Assembly (NCBI RefSeq): GCF_000143415.4
Contig: NW_003314451.1
Coordinates: 37,323 to 101,322, forward strand
Length of the DNA stretch: 64,000 nucleotides
Origin: Selaginella moellendorffii
Lineage: Eukaryota > Plantae > Lycopodiophyta
Direction of reading: 5' to 3'
Shown here: piece by piece, positions 23,593 through 34,070 of the stretch
Position numbering within the stretch: position 1 is the stretch's first letter
Layout of the letters: each line of letters starts with the position of its first letter
The notes under the pieces: generated by a model
Seen by the model: only the letters and a program-made list of their open reading frames with translations
Told to the model about the DNA's origin: nothing
Database searches by the model: none
Program-made: the position numbers and the translations under genes

Positions 23593-25701
23593 GGAGATGA
23601 GAGATGGAGCAAAGAAAAGAGCTCGCGAGCGCTTTGAAAGCGTCCAACAGCTCAAAAAGAGCGTTGTTTCGCAACTGGGCGTTGTGAAGACAGTGGAAAA
23701 CGACACAATATAAGTAGGCTGGCTATGGAGGAAAAGAGAGGAGATAACAAAGTCTCATGAGAGAACAACGCAGTCTTTAAGCAAAGAGCTGCTTCTTCGC
23801 ACTGACACAAACCAAAACCCAAAAGAGAGAAAGCGAGCAGCGGAAAAAAAAAATTCCACTTTTCCTTTAGCCCGAGAGATCAGCAGCAGAGCTTTGAGCT
23901 TGAATGAATGAAAGGGAAGCTTTTGTTTGTGTGTTCTTCAAGAGCAAAGGCAGAGCTCTTGGAGAAGAATGCTGGTGGCGTTCCAGGCTTTGGCTGGAGA
24001 AAGCCGCAATCTTTAATCATGGGTTTGGTGCTGGAGCTCCATCTCGCAAGCAATGCGGGTAGCTAACAATTTCTCCCTGTTCCCTCATCGATCCACAGTA
24101 GAACCTAGTGAACTTTCCTTTGGGATCTTTCTTTTTCTTGCCAAATTGCGATCAGTTCCTCGCAGATTCCAGGATTGTTTCTTCATGGGTGGGGGACAAA
24201 CACGGATTGGAGCAGGATTAGCTGCTACCCATTTGGGAAATCGAGCAAACTTCTCCCCCAATTAGTTTTTTCCTCACAGTCACAAGTTCAACTGTTCATG
24301 GCCAGCGAAATCATGAGATTTGTGGGCGGGGGCCAACCCGCGCGGACCAAATGTGGGAAGTTTCTTCGCCGCGGGATGGGCTACGCATTCCCACCTGATG
24401 AGACAAAAGGAAGAACTTCCGGCCAAATACAGAGCACTATATACAGTGGTGGTTTGGATCGATCATTCCAACTCGAGAACTTGATCCGCAAAAAAAATAG
24501 CTGGAACCCATTATAGCTGAGAGAAAACCCATCAAAACCCACCAAGCGATCGATCAAAGTCGCACATTTTTGCCACAAGATCAAGGAAAATCACGAAATG
24601 TCGTGTCACGTTATGAACAAGGAAAAAGTAACATTAAGAAAATCCATCGCCCAACAGCCGGGGAGTCGCAAAAACGTGAAGTTTGGATCGATTCGACTGG
24701 GGATGAGTAAGTACTTACCACTTTTCTCTTCGACGCTACGCCCCCAACCAACATGAGTTGTTCTTCCGTCCATCAAATCGATTGTTCGTCAATCCATTGG
24801 TCCTTTTGTAGCGTTCCCTTATGAGTCCACCTACTGGAACTTCCTGCAAACGCTTCCAGGGACAATTTCCAAAACCTTTGCAGGCTTCGGGAACATACCA
24901 GCACGATTCTTGGCTAACTTCACTTTTTGTTCTTCGCACTCTCTAGGCTAATGTGTCCAAAGAAACTTTAGAACATTTGCGGACAGGGACGGGCAGCCAA
25001 CGAAAGAAAGCTTTCTTTCTCTCGCTAAGCTACTGTAGATCCTTGCTGCAACGAGCAGCGTGGAGCAGACCTCTAGGGACGTGGACATGTTGCAAACAGG
25101 AGAAGAAATTGTTTTCTAGTCACCGATCGATCAATCGCATGAGCTAAAACAAAGCTCTGTGTGTTTCGTGGGTGTTCTATCAAAGAATCCGAGAATTTGT
25201 GCGAGGAGTCCTTACGTAGGTAGCTGTCCGTGGCCTGCTGGCTGGCCTGGCGCTCATCGTTCTCAAAGAAAACTCTTAAACAAATCTCATCTCCATGGGT
25301 TTTGACAAACAATGTCAAACAATCCTTGCGAATTTCTTCCGAGGTCCACACCGTACCTGTGGAGAAAAGATTTTGTCTGGGTTGTGTATGCTTGTTTTTT
25401 GATGGTTTCATGGTGTTCTTCGTGGCGCTAAGCATTGCTTTTGGTATGATTGTTTGATTTCGCTTGGCCGCTTTTGATTGCTTGCTTCCATCGCCAGCAC
25501 CATGAGGAGAAAAGAAATATGTCTAGATTAGCTCACCCATCATTGCGGAATCGATGGATTCCTCCTCATCAATTCGCGATTGTCAAAAGCTTTCTACGAG
25601 CGAGGACGATGCATTTGCCGCGCCCCCAAGTTTAAAATTTTAAACATTAGGGCTCTTATTTGGGTTAGGGCGCGTGCCCTAAAAACAGAGGGACACTGGA
25701 T

Positions 25702-27939
25702 TTGCGTTGCAATGTGAGCGATGGCGGTGGATTCCAGCGCCAGGGCCAGGGCGCGGGCAATCGAAACGAGGTCAGTCACTGGAAATCTAGCCGCCGCGGC
25801 AATGCGGCGGCGCTGCTGGCGGCATTGAAGGCCGCGAGCAGAGCCAGAGACATCGAGCGCGGCCGCCAGGCGCATCTGGAAGCCATCCATGGCGGGCTGG
25901 ATTCCAGCGTTTTCGTGGCGAGCTCGCTCATCGATATGTATGCCAAATGCGGGAGAATGGAGGAGGCTAGGGCTGTGTTTGATGGGATTCTCCACCGTGA
26001 CGTGGTTTCTTGGAGCTCCATCATTCTTGGCTACGCACAGAACGGGCAAGGGGGGGTTGCGCTCGAGCTCTTTGTTGAAATGCAGCGTGCCAAGGCGGAG
26101 GATCCTTCTTATCCGCAGGCTCCGAATTCCCAGACTTTCGTGGCTGCGATCAGAGCTTGTAGCAGCATGATCAACGAGAAGAAGGAAGGAAAAGTTCGCG
26201 AGGATCGAATGGCTTGTCTGGAGAAAGGCATGGCCATCCATGCTCGAGCTCGGCTGGTCGGAGTGGACACGGATGGTTTCGTAGCATGTAGCTTGGTGGA
26301 CTTTTACGCGAAGTGTGGAAGCATGGTGACTGCTCGCTGGGTTTTCGATCGAGTGGACGATCGCAGCTACAGTGACTTGGTGCTGTGGACTGCTCTTATC
26401 TCAGGCTATGCACACAATGGTGACGGCGATATCGCTCTAGAGATTTTCGAGCAAGCGAGTGCCTTCTTCGATGCGAGCTCTTCTTCTCAGAGTTATTCGA
26501 CCCGGACGATTTTCTTAGCGGCCGTGAAGGCTTGCACAAGCATAGCAGCAAAAGAAGAAGTCACAGACAAGCACAGGCTCGACCGCAGCGATGCTAACAA
26601 GTTCCTCAAGGCTGTGTCGCTAGAGAAAGGAATGGCAGTGCACTCGGCAGCAGCAAGGCTCGGGTATATGACGGCAGCAGACATTTTCCTGATGAGCTGC
26701 TTGGTGGATTTCTATGCAAAGTGTGGAACCATGGTGGATTCGCAACGAGTTTTTGACAGCATGAGCCGTCACGACGTTGTCTCGTGGACTGCTCTTGTCT
26801 GGGGGTATGCACACAACGGGCAGGAGGAGATCGCTTTGGAAGTTTACGCTCGGGTCCAACAACAGGGCTGTGCTTCAAACTCCCAGACGTTCGTGGCTGC
26901 TCTCAAGGCCGTCGTCTGTCTCGCGGAGGCTGAAGTTGGCAAAGAGATCGACGGGAAAGTCGTCAAGGTGACGGCTTTGGAGAAAGGAATGGCGATTCAC
27001 TCCCAGGCAGCGAGCAGCGGCAAGCAGCATCACACGGAAACTTTCGTAGCGAACAGCCTGATCGACATGTACTCCAAGTGTGGAAGCATGGTGGACGCTC
27101 TGAGGAGTTTGGAGGCGATGGCTTCTCCTCCGGATATAATCTCGTGGACAGCTCTGATCCTCGGCTATGCCGACGCTGGAGAAGGCAACCGAGCTCTTGA
27201 GATCTTTGCTCGAATGCAAAGTCAAGGTTGCCGTCCAAACGCTCATACATTCGTGGCAGCCCTCAAGGCGTGTGGCAGCATCTCGGCTGTAGGAACTGGA
27301 AGAGTGATCCACGGAGAAATCTGCAAGTTCGGCCTGGAAACAACACTCACTGCTGGGAACAGTCTGGTCGACTTCTACGGGAAGTCCGGAAGCATGGTCC
27401 GAGCTCGCCAAGTTTTCGACTGCATTCCAGCGCTCGACGTTGCGAGTTGGACGTCGCTCATGGCCGGATACTGTCACCAAGGCGAAGCAATGGCAGTTCT
27501 CGACCTCTTCGTTGGGATGGTCGACCAAGGCGTGAATCCAAACGAGATAACTCTAGTGACAGTTCTCACGGCTTGCAGCCACGCCGGGCTCGTCCACAGA
27601 GGCAAGCGCTACTTCTCCGACATGAAAGAGAGATTTGGTCTCACTCCCAGGATTGATCACTACCACTGCCTCATCGATCTCCTGGGACGAGCAAACTTGC
27701 TGGAAGAAGCACTCAAGGTCGCGAAGACGATGCCAATGGAGGCTACTTCAGTGACATGGACGATCGTGTTGGTCGCGTGTGAGAAGTGGAAGAACATAGA
27801 AGTTGCGAAGATTGCATTTGAGGCACTGGTGGTTTTGGACGAGAACCAGGCGGGAGCTTACGTCCTCATGGCCAATGTCTATCGCCAACTTCGACCATTT
27901 GTAGTTTCATCTGGAGAAAACAAAACGATCAAGCTGTGA
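25702..27939 (+). CDS. PLS-class PPR protein with E-domain, no DYW (true start uncertain)
   Basis: P-L-S triplets (SLIDMYAKCG..A..VFD..DVVSW), LTACSHAG, DHYHCLIDLLGRA, and AYVLMANVY. Confidence 0.92.
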   Translation: MRCNVSDGGGFQRQGQGAGNRNEVSHWKSSRRGNAAALLAALKAASRARDIERGRQAHLEAIHGGLDSSVFVASSLIDMYAKCGRMEEARAVFDGILHRDVVSWSSIILGYAQNGQGGVALELFVEMQRAKAEDPSYPQAPNSQTFVAAIRACSSMINEKKEGKVREDRMACLEKGMAIHARARLVGVDTDGFVACSLVDFYAKCGSMVTARWVFDRVDDRSYSDLVLWTALISGYAHNGDGDIALEIFEQASAFFDASSSSQSYSTRTIFLAAVKACTSIAAKEEVTDKHRLDRSDANKFLKAVSLEKGMAVHSAAARLGYMTAADIFLMSCLVDFYAKCGTMVDSQRVFDSMSRHDVVSWTALVWGYAHNGQEEIALEVYARVQQQGCASNSQTFVAALKAVVCLAEAEVGKEIDGKVVKVTALEKGMAIHSQAASSGKQHHTETFVANSLIDMYSKCGSMVDALRSLEAMASPPDIISWTALILGYADAGEGNRALEIFARMQSQGCRPNAHTFVAALKACGSISAVGTGRVIHGEICKFGLETTLTAGNSLVDFYGKSGSMVRARQVFDCIPALDVASWTSLMAGYCHQGEAMAVLDLFVGMVDQGVNPNEITLVTVLTACSHAGLVHRGKRYFSDMKERFGLTPRIDHYHCLIDLLGRANLLEEALKVAKTMPMEATSVTWTIVLVACEKWKNIEVAKIAFEALVVLDENQAGAYVLMANVYRQLRPFVVSSGENKTIKL

Positions 27940-27962
27940 AAGCCTGTAGATCTCTGAAGAGG

Positions 27963-28039
27963 TGCTCCTATAGCGAGGCTCGGACTCGCGACCTTCAAGC
28001 TCATAAGACCAACACTCTGACCAGCTGAGCTAAGGGAGC
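27963..28039 (-). pseudogene. Degenerate tRNA-Ile(UAU) copy
   Basis: GCTCCCTTAGCTCAGCTGGTCAGAGTGTTGGTCTTATGAG..., with an altered T-loop (GTCCGAG) and insertions in the anticodon and acceptor stems. Confidence 0.75.
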
Positions 28040-28074
28040 TTGACATTAATCAAGCTTATCTGATACAGAGAGTT

Positions 28075-28285
28075 CACACCGGGTCCACAGAGGCAAGCGC
28101 TACTTCTCGGACATGGAAGGGAGATTTGGTCTCGCTCCCAGGATTGATCACTACCACTGCCTCATCGATCTCCTGGGACGAGCAGAAGAAGCCCTCAAGG
28201 TCGCGAAAACAATGCCAATGGAGGCTACTGCAGTGACATGGAGGAAGAAGTGAAAGAACATAGATTGTGTTTGAGGCGTTTGCAG
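28075..28285 (+). pseudogene. Duplicated PPR 3' fragment
   Basis: Near-copy of 27580-27825 with small deletions. Confidence 0.85.
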
Positions 28286-29358
28286 AGGTAAGAGAAGCTT
28301 TTAGATTGTGCTGGTTTTGATATGTGGATTTGCCAACAGGCATCTGAGTGATTCCAAACTGGAGATCATTTCGGAGCAGCTCATGCTCCGTACAAGAATT
28401 TCACAACTAAACCATTGAAGCTTTAGGATGGTCAACATGAGGGAATTTAAGGAATTTAACTTGCCCTGGAACAAGATGCGGTCAGCATAGGATAGTTCAG
28501 GTTGAACAACTTCTTGAAATCCGGCTGCATGTGTCTGGACACATCATCTGCTCGTAGTGAAATTGCACCTAAATGCCGAGCAATGTCTGGAGAGTCCAGA
28601 GATCAGGCTTGCATGTTAAACTGCCGTACGCCCAGACATGCACAGTGAGCGCCTCAAATGTGCAGTCCCTGTGATCGTATAGCTTTTCGAAGCCTTGCGA
28701 TTGTACACAAACAAAGTTTTAGAAATACAAAACGAAAGCAATCAAACTTACTCGTAGAGAAAACGGGAGAGCTGGGCCAGAAGGTGGCCGACGTCCAGGT
28801 CAGGGGCTCCAAAACTATTCAGCCCAGATTAGCAAATTTTGAAGTATTTTCAATTAAAATAAAAGATGTAGAAAATATAAATCATAATAACCAATTCACC
28901 AAGCATAAAAAAATCAAGTACAAAATGAGCAACATATGCTATTTGCATTAGCATAAAAAATGTTTTTATAAAATGTATTACCTCAAAAGGTAAACAGGGG
29001 TAAGAAGTTGCACCATACAAATTTACCACAAAACATGAGAGAGTGTAACATATACATGCGATGATTGTATGAAGTTTCGCATCATATATATAACAAACAA
29101 TGTTTTATTATATACTCAATGTACAATATATTTCCTGCATTATATTTCCTGCATTTGGTGCTTCTTAGTTGAGTACAAGTAACTCTTATTAACTATGAAA
29201 CCACCATCTGGCTAGAACTTGTTCTTGTCACTTAAGAACTTATTTAAAAGATCCATTTCTTTCTGGCTAGATCTTGTTCGTAAGTGACAAGAGAAAAGAT
29301 CCATTCCTTTCCGGTTAGTTTAGAAAACAAGCTGTGAAAGCTTATATCTCCGAGGAGC

Positions 29359-29432
29359 TACTCCTAGCGAGGTTCGAACTCGCGACCTTCGGCTCATAAG
29401 ACCAACGCTCTGACCACCTGAGCTAAGGGAGC
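29359..29432 (-). tRNA. tRNA-Ile(UAU), possibly non-functional
   Basis: 74 nt, anticodon loop CTTATGA, intact A and B boxes and T arm (GCGAG-TTCGAAC-CTCGC). There are two mismatches at the base of the acceptor stem (C6:A67, T7:T66). Confidence 0.75.
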
Positions 29433-29448
29433 TTAACATCAGTCAGGC

Positions 29449-31125
29449 TTATCTTATGCTACTCGTACAAACAGTTCCCAGGGTACGTACGTCCGGCACA
29501 GCGCCAAGGAGGATGACGGCATCCATGGAGGAAACACTGTATGGCATCGTTGAGAGGAGCTCGCGGGCTTCGATCGCATAGCCCGATCGAGCGAGAGAGT
29601 CAATCACGCAGCAGTAGTGCTGTTTCGATGGCTTGATCTGGTAATCCATCGCCGCGGAGACAAAGAACTGGCGGGCAGCGGCCGGAGATCCCGTGTGGCT
29701 GCACGACGCGAGCACGGAGACGAAGCACACCGCGTCGGGAAGGTCTGTGAGGAGCATCTGGTGGAAGAGATCGCGAGCGCGGGCGTAGTGATTTGGGCCA
29801 TCGTGATCACTGGGATGGGACCTGTGGGCGGAGAGCATTGTGCTCCAGGAGAATCCATCGCGCTCCGGCATTCGATCGAAGAAGTGCTCCATTGCCACCA
29901 GGAGATCGCCCGATCGAGCGTGGGCTGTGAGGATCGCGTTCCACGACACGAGGCTCTTGATGGGCATGGAATCGAACAAAGCCCGCGATTGATCGAGGCA
30001 GCCGATGGATGCGAGTAGCGAAAGGATGGAATTCCACGAGATAAGGTCGTGCTCGGGCATGCAATCGAAGATCTCCCCGGCATGATCAGCGTCTAGAGCT
30101 TTCGCGTGCGCTGCAAGGATCGAGTTCCAGGAAACAATGCTGTGCTGGGGGATCTGATCGAAGAGCGATCGGGCTTCCTCGATCCGGCCTTCCAGGCCAA
30201 ATGCGGTGATTAGAGCAGTCCACGAGAAGAGATTGCGCTCCGGCATTCGCAAGAAGAGATTCTTGGCTTCGTCTAGCCTCCCGATTTGGGAAAATCCAGT
30301 GAGAATCGTGGTCCAGGAGATGAGATCTCGGCTCTCCATCGAATCAAAGAGAGACTTTACAATGTCAAGGTGTCCTTCTTGGGCATTTGCTGCGAGAACT
30401 ATGTTCCAACTTCGCAAGTTCCACTCTGGCATGGATCCAAACACAATATCTACCATTGTTACATTCTTAGTTTGTAGTGCTACTACTAGGTGTGTGTTCC
30501 AAGAGACAATGCTTCGCATTGGCATCAAATCAAAAGCATTTGCTACAGCCACAACATGCCCTGCCTCGGCAAATGCTGCTAAGAGAGAATTCCATGAGAT
30601 TAGATTGGGCTCTGGCATTCTATAGAACATCCGTTTTGCTTCTTCTAGAAATCCAGCCTTTCCAAGTCCATAGATCATCGAGGTCCAGGAAATCGTGTTC
30701 CAATGAGGCATAGAATTAAAAACCCCTTGCGCCTCGCGGAGATACCCACAGCGCATGTAAGCCGTGATCATGGCGTTGCAAGCGACGATGCTCATCGCTG
30801 GTTCTGGAATAGAATCAAAAACTAGCTTGGCAAGATCGAGATTGCCATTTTCGGAGCAAGCACACAGGAAAATCACCCAGGAGAATCTGTTCTTGCTGGA
30901 GATAGAATCGAAAACACGCTTGGCTTGATCCAGGCTGCCACAGCGCCCATACATCTCGATCAGCCGATTGGAGTGGAGGATACCGTCGCTGGATCGATCC
31001 AATTGCGAGAACTCAAGGAGCTGCGAGTGGATTGGATGCGCTTGAGCGAGAGAATGACAATTCATTCGCAATTGGGAAGATTTACCAAACACTGAGCTAG
31101 TGTTTGCTAAAGATTTACCAAACAA
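29449..31125 (-). CDS. PLS-class PPR protein, SS-motif array with a truncated E-domain (first ATG ~31065)
   Basis: Repeated FDxMPxx(N/S)xxSWN motifs, VLASCSHTG, KQHYCCVIDSLARSG. It stops before a complete E2 motif. Confidence 0.9.
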   Translation of the reverse strand: MFGKSLANTSSVFGKSSQLRMNCHSLAQAHPIHSQLLEFSQLDRSSDGILHSNRLIEMYGRCGSLDQAKRVFDSISSKNRFSWVIFLCACSENGNLDLAKLVFDSIPEPAMSIVACNAMITAYMRCGYLREAQGVFNSMPHWNTISWTSMIYGLGKAGFLEEAKRMFYRMPEPNLISWNSLLAAFAEAGHVVAVANAFDLMPMRSIVSWNTHLVVALQTKNVTMVDIVFGSMPEWNLRSWNIVLAANAQEGHLDIVKSLFDSMESRDLISWTTILTGFSQIGRLDEAKNLFLRMPERNLFSWTALITAFGLEGRIEEARSLFDQIPQHSIVSWNSILAAHAKALDADHAGEIFDCMPEHDLISWNSILSLLASIGCLDQSRALFDSMPIKSLVSWNAILTAHARSGDLLVAMEHFFDRMPERDGFSWSTMLSAHRSHPSDHDGPNHYARARDLFHQMLLTDLPDAVCFVSVLASCSHTGSPAAARQFFVSAAMDYQIKPSKQHYCCVIDSLARSGYAIEARELLSTMPYSVSSMDAVILLGAVPDVRTLGTVCTSSIR

Positions 31126-31310
31126 TGGGGGCCAGTGGGAACGCGAGGCCGTTTGCTAAGCTAGGCAGAGTATATAAATTCCTCTGTCTGCCCTAGAACA
31201 GAGGTGAGGGATGATGGAAGAGAAGAATGCCGTCGCTTTGCTCGTCTCCCTTCCAGGGTTTCCAGGGTTTCCAGGCGGGAGCGGCTGATCCATCGAGGCG
31301 CGCTCTCGCA

Positions 31311-34070
31311 ATGGCGTCAGCGGGGTCTCCATCGGCTGCTGCTACCAAGATGAAGAAGCCGGCGAAACCAGCTCCCAAGGTGACTCTGGAGAGCTTTGTG
31401 AGCAAGATGCTGCCTCTTCTCGAGCTGGAGAAGGTGAGTGTGTGGATTCCTCAGCGATATTTCGAGTGATTTTGTGGATGGATTCGTGTGTAGGAGGCGG
31501 AGATTGCTGCGTCTACCGAAACAATTGGAATGACGAACCCTGACGTTCTACAGCAGCGTGGCTCGGCTGTGAAAGGATTAAAGTGTGTTGGTGTCGAGGT
31601 GAGTGGCTTGTACACTTTGCAGCTGCTTCATTTTTTTTTTTCTCGATTCGTCAGGCAGGATTGCTGGGAAAGTCTTTGCTTCTCTTGCAACCGAATTCTG
31701 GAGAGCTTCTTCCGTCTCACAAGGTACATTTCTTTACGTTCTTGTGGTGTTTAAGTGCATCATTTTCTTCATTGTTCTTGGTTGGCAGCTGTCTACACAC
31801 GATGTTGTGCTTTTAAAGCCAAACAAGGGAGGCTCGGCAGCTGAATCGCTGGGTCAAGGTGTTGTCTACCGCATAAAGGTGTGGCTGGATTGTGATTTGT
31901 GGCTTCCTGATGTTTTCGCTTGTCTTTTGGTGGTAGGATAAGTCTATCACGGTTGCTATGGATGATGTTCCAGACGAAGGCGTTAATTCGCTTCTTAGGC
32001 TGGAGAAAGTCGCGAATGAGGTTGGTACTCTAGTCACGAAGCTGATGATACAATGGCCTTGGTTCAGGTCACCTATCAAAGACTTAAAAGTACATTGTTG
32101 GACCTTGGCAAGGGTGTTTCAAGAGGTCCAGCAACTGATCTGGTTCCTGTGCTTTTCGGCGAGAAGCCTCCCTCGTTTTCCAAGACACATGCCACGTATG
32201 AACCTTACAACACAGAGCTTGACGAGTCTCAGGTGAGCGTTGTTGTCCATTAGTTTGCTTGAGAAATGATCTGCATCGTATCAGGTTAAAGCTGTCAAAA
32301 TGGCTCTAAGCGCACAAGATGTGATGCTACTTCATGGTCCGCCTGGAACTGGGAAGACGACGGCAGTGGTCGAAATTATTTTGCAGGAGGTTAAGCGGGG
32401 GCTCAAAGTTCTTGCTTGCGCTTCTTCGAACATTGCCGTGGACAACATGGTGGAAAGACTCGCCTGCCACAAGTCTGTATAATTTGCATGCGTCATTGTT
32501 TTTTGAATTTTATACGCAGGGTGAAGGTTGTGCGCTTGGGACATCCAGCTCGTCTTTTGCCGCAAGTTCTTGACTGTGCACTGGATGCTCAGGCAAGCAT
32601 TTTCAGTTTTCGTCAAGCTTTCTCAAAAGGGGATTCTTGCAGGTACTCAAAACCGACAACAGCTCGTTAGCCAAGGACATCAGAAAGGAGATTAGTGTAA
32701 GTCTTTCATTCCTATTGTTTTTCATGAACTGCATGGCATTCTCTTTCGTTGTCCAGGTTCTCAATGCGAAGATTCTAAAGGCCAAAGATCGAAAGAGCAG
32801 AGCCGAGCTAAGGAGAGAGCTGCGCCAATTGTCGAAGGAAGAGCGCCAAAGACAACAANNNNNNNNNNNNNNNNNNNNNNNNNNNNNNNNNNNNNNNNNN
32901 NNNNNNNNNNNNNNNNNNNNNNNNNNNNNNNNNNNNNNNNNNNNNNNNNNNNNNNNNNTCCTCTGTTGTGCTCACGACCTTGACTGGAGCCATGTCTGCA
33001 CAACTGCAAAAGGTTGACTTCGATGTCGTTGTTCTTGACGAGGCTGCTCAGGCCCTTGAGACGGCTTGCTGGATCGCCATTTTAAAGGTAATACTAGTCT
33101 TTCATTCTTGTTTTGGGATAGAACGAGTGTGTTTTTACGTACTTGTGCAGGGACGAAGATGTCTTCTCGCTGGCGACCATCTCCAGCTCGCTCCAACAGT
33201 ACTGAGTAAAGAAGCCGAGAAGCAAGGCTTTGGAACAACATTATTTGAACGCCTGGCAGGACTGTATGCCAGTCAAGCCATGACAATGCTCACAGTGCAG
33301 TACCGTATGCACGAGCACATTATGGATTGGTCTTCCCACGAGCTCTATGGCGGCAAGGTCGGTACGGATTGGACTTTTTTGAAACTGACAACGAGACATG
33401 CTTTTTACCAGATTCAAGCACACGAGCTTGTGGCAAGCCGCAAATTATTCGAACTAGATGGCGTCAAGAAAACTCCTGCAACTGAGCACACGCTCGTCCT
33501 CATCGACATCTGTGGCTGCGACATGGAAGAGTCAAAGGACGAGACTGAGAGCTCTTTCAACGAAGGCGAAGCCCGCATTGCTATTACTCACGCCCAAAAA
33601 CTCGTGGAAAGTGGAGTTAAGGCTATTGACATCGGAATAGTCACACCGTATGCGGCCCAGGTATCTATATATTGTTTCAGGGTTTGTGTTGTCTCTAAGT
33701 TTCACGCAATGCAGGTGAATGTTCTGAGGCGCATGAGAAATGAGGAACAGCGTTTACTGGAAGTGGAAATCAGCACTATTGACGGTTTTCAAGGCCGGGA
33801 GAAGGAAGCAATGATAATTTCCATGGTTCGCTCCAACGATAAAAAGGAGGTATGGTTTTCTTGTTGAGGTAGCAGTGAGACTAAAAGCTTATGCTTTAGG
33901 TTGGGTTCTTGAGTGACAAGCGGAGGATGAACGTTGCAGTTACGAGAGCAAAAAGGCAATGCTGTGTCATATGTGATTCGGACACTGTGGGAAAAGATCC
34001 ATTTCTCAAGCGGCTTTTGGATTATTTTGAGAAGCATGGAGAATATTGTTATGGTCTTTATTATCAATGA
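31311..34070 (+). CDS. IGHMBP2/SMUBP-2-like (Upf1-like SF1) helicase, multi-exon, with an N gap at 32859-32958
   Basis: [65 protein letters not shown], and [11 protein letters not shown]. Confidence 0.93.

Noticed and set aside
23000-24050. GA-rich ORFs and a possible miR159/319-like precursor (TGAATGAATG)
   Set aside because: No mature miRNA sequence or convincing hairpin. The region looks like 5'UTR, intron and promoter sequence of the auxilin-like gene.
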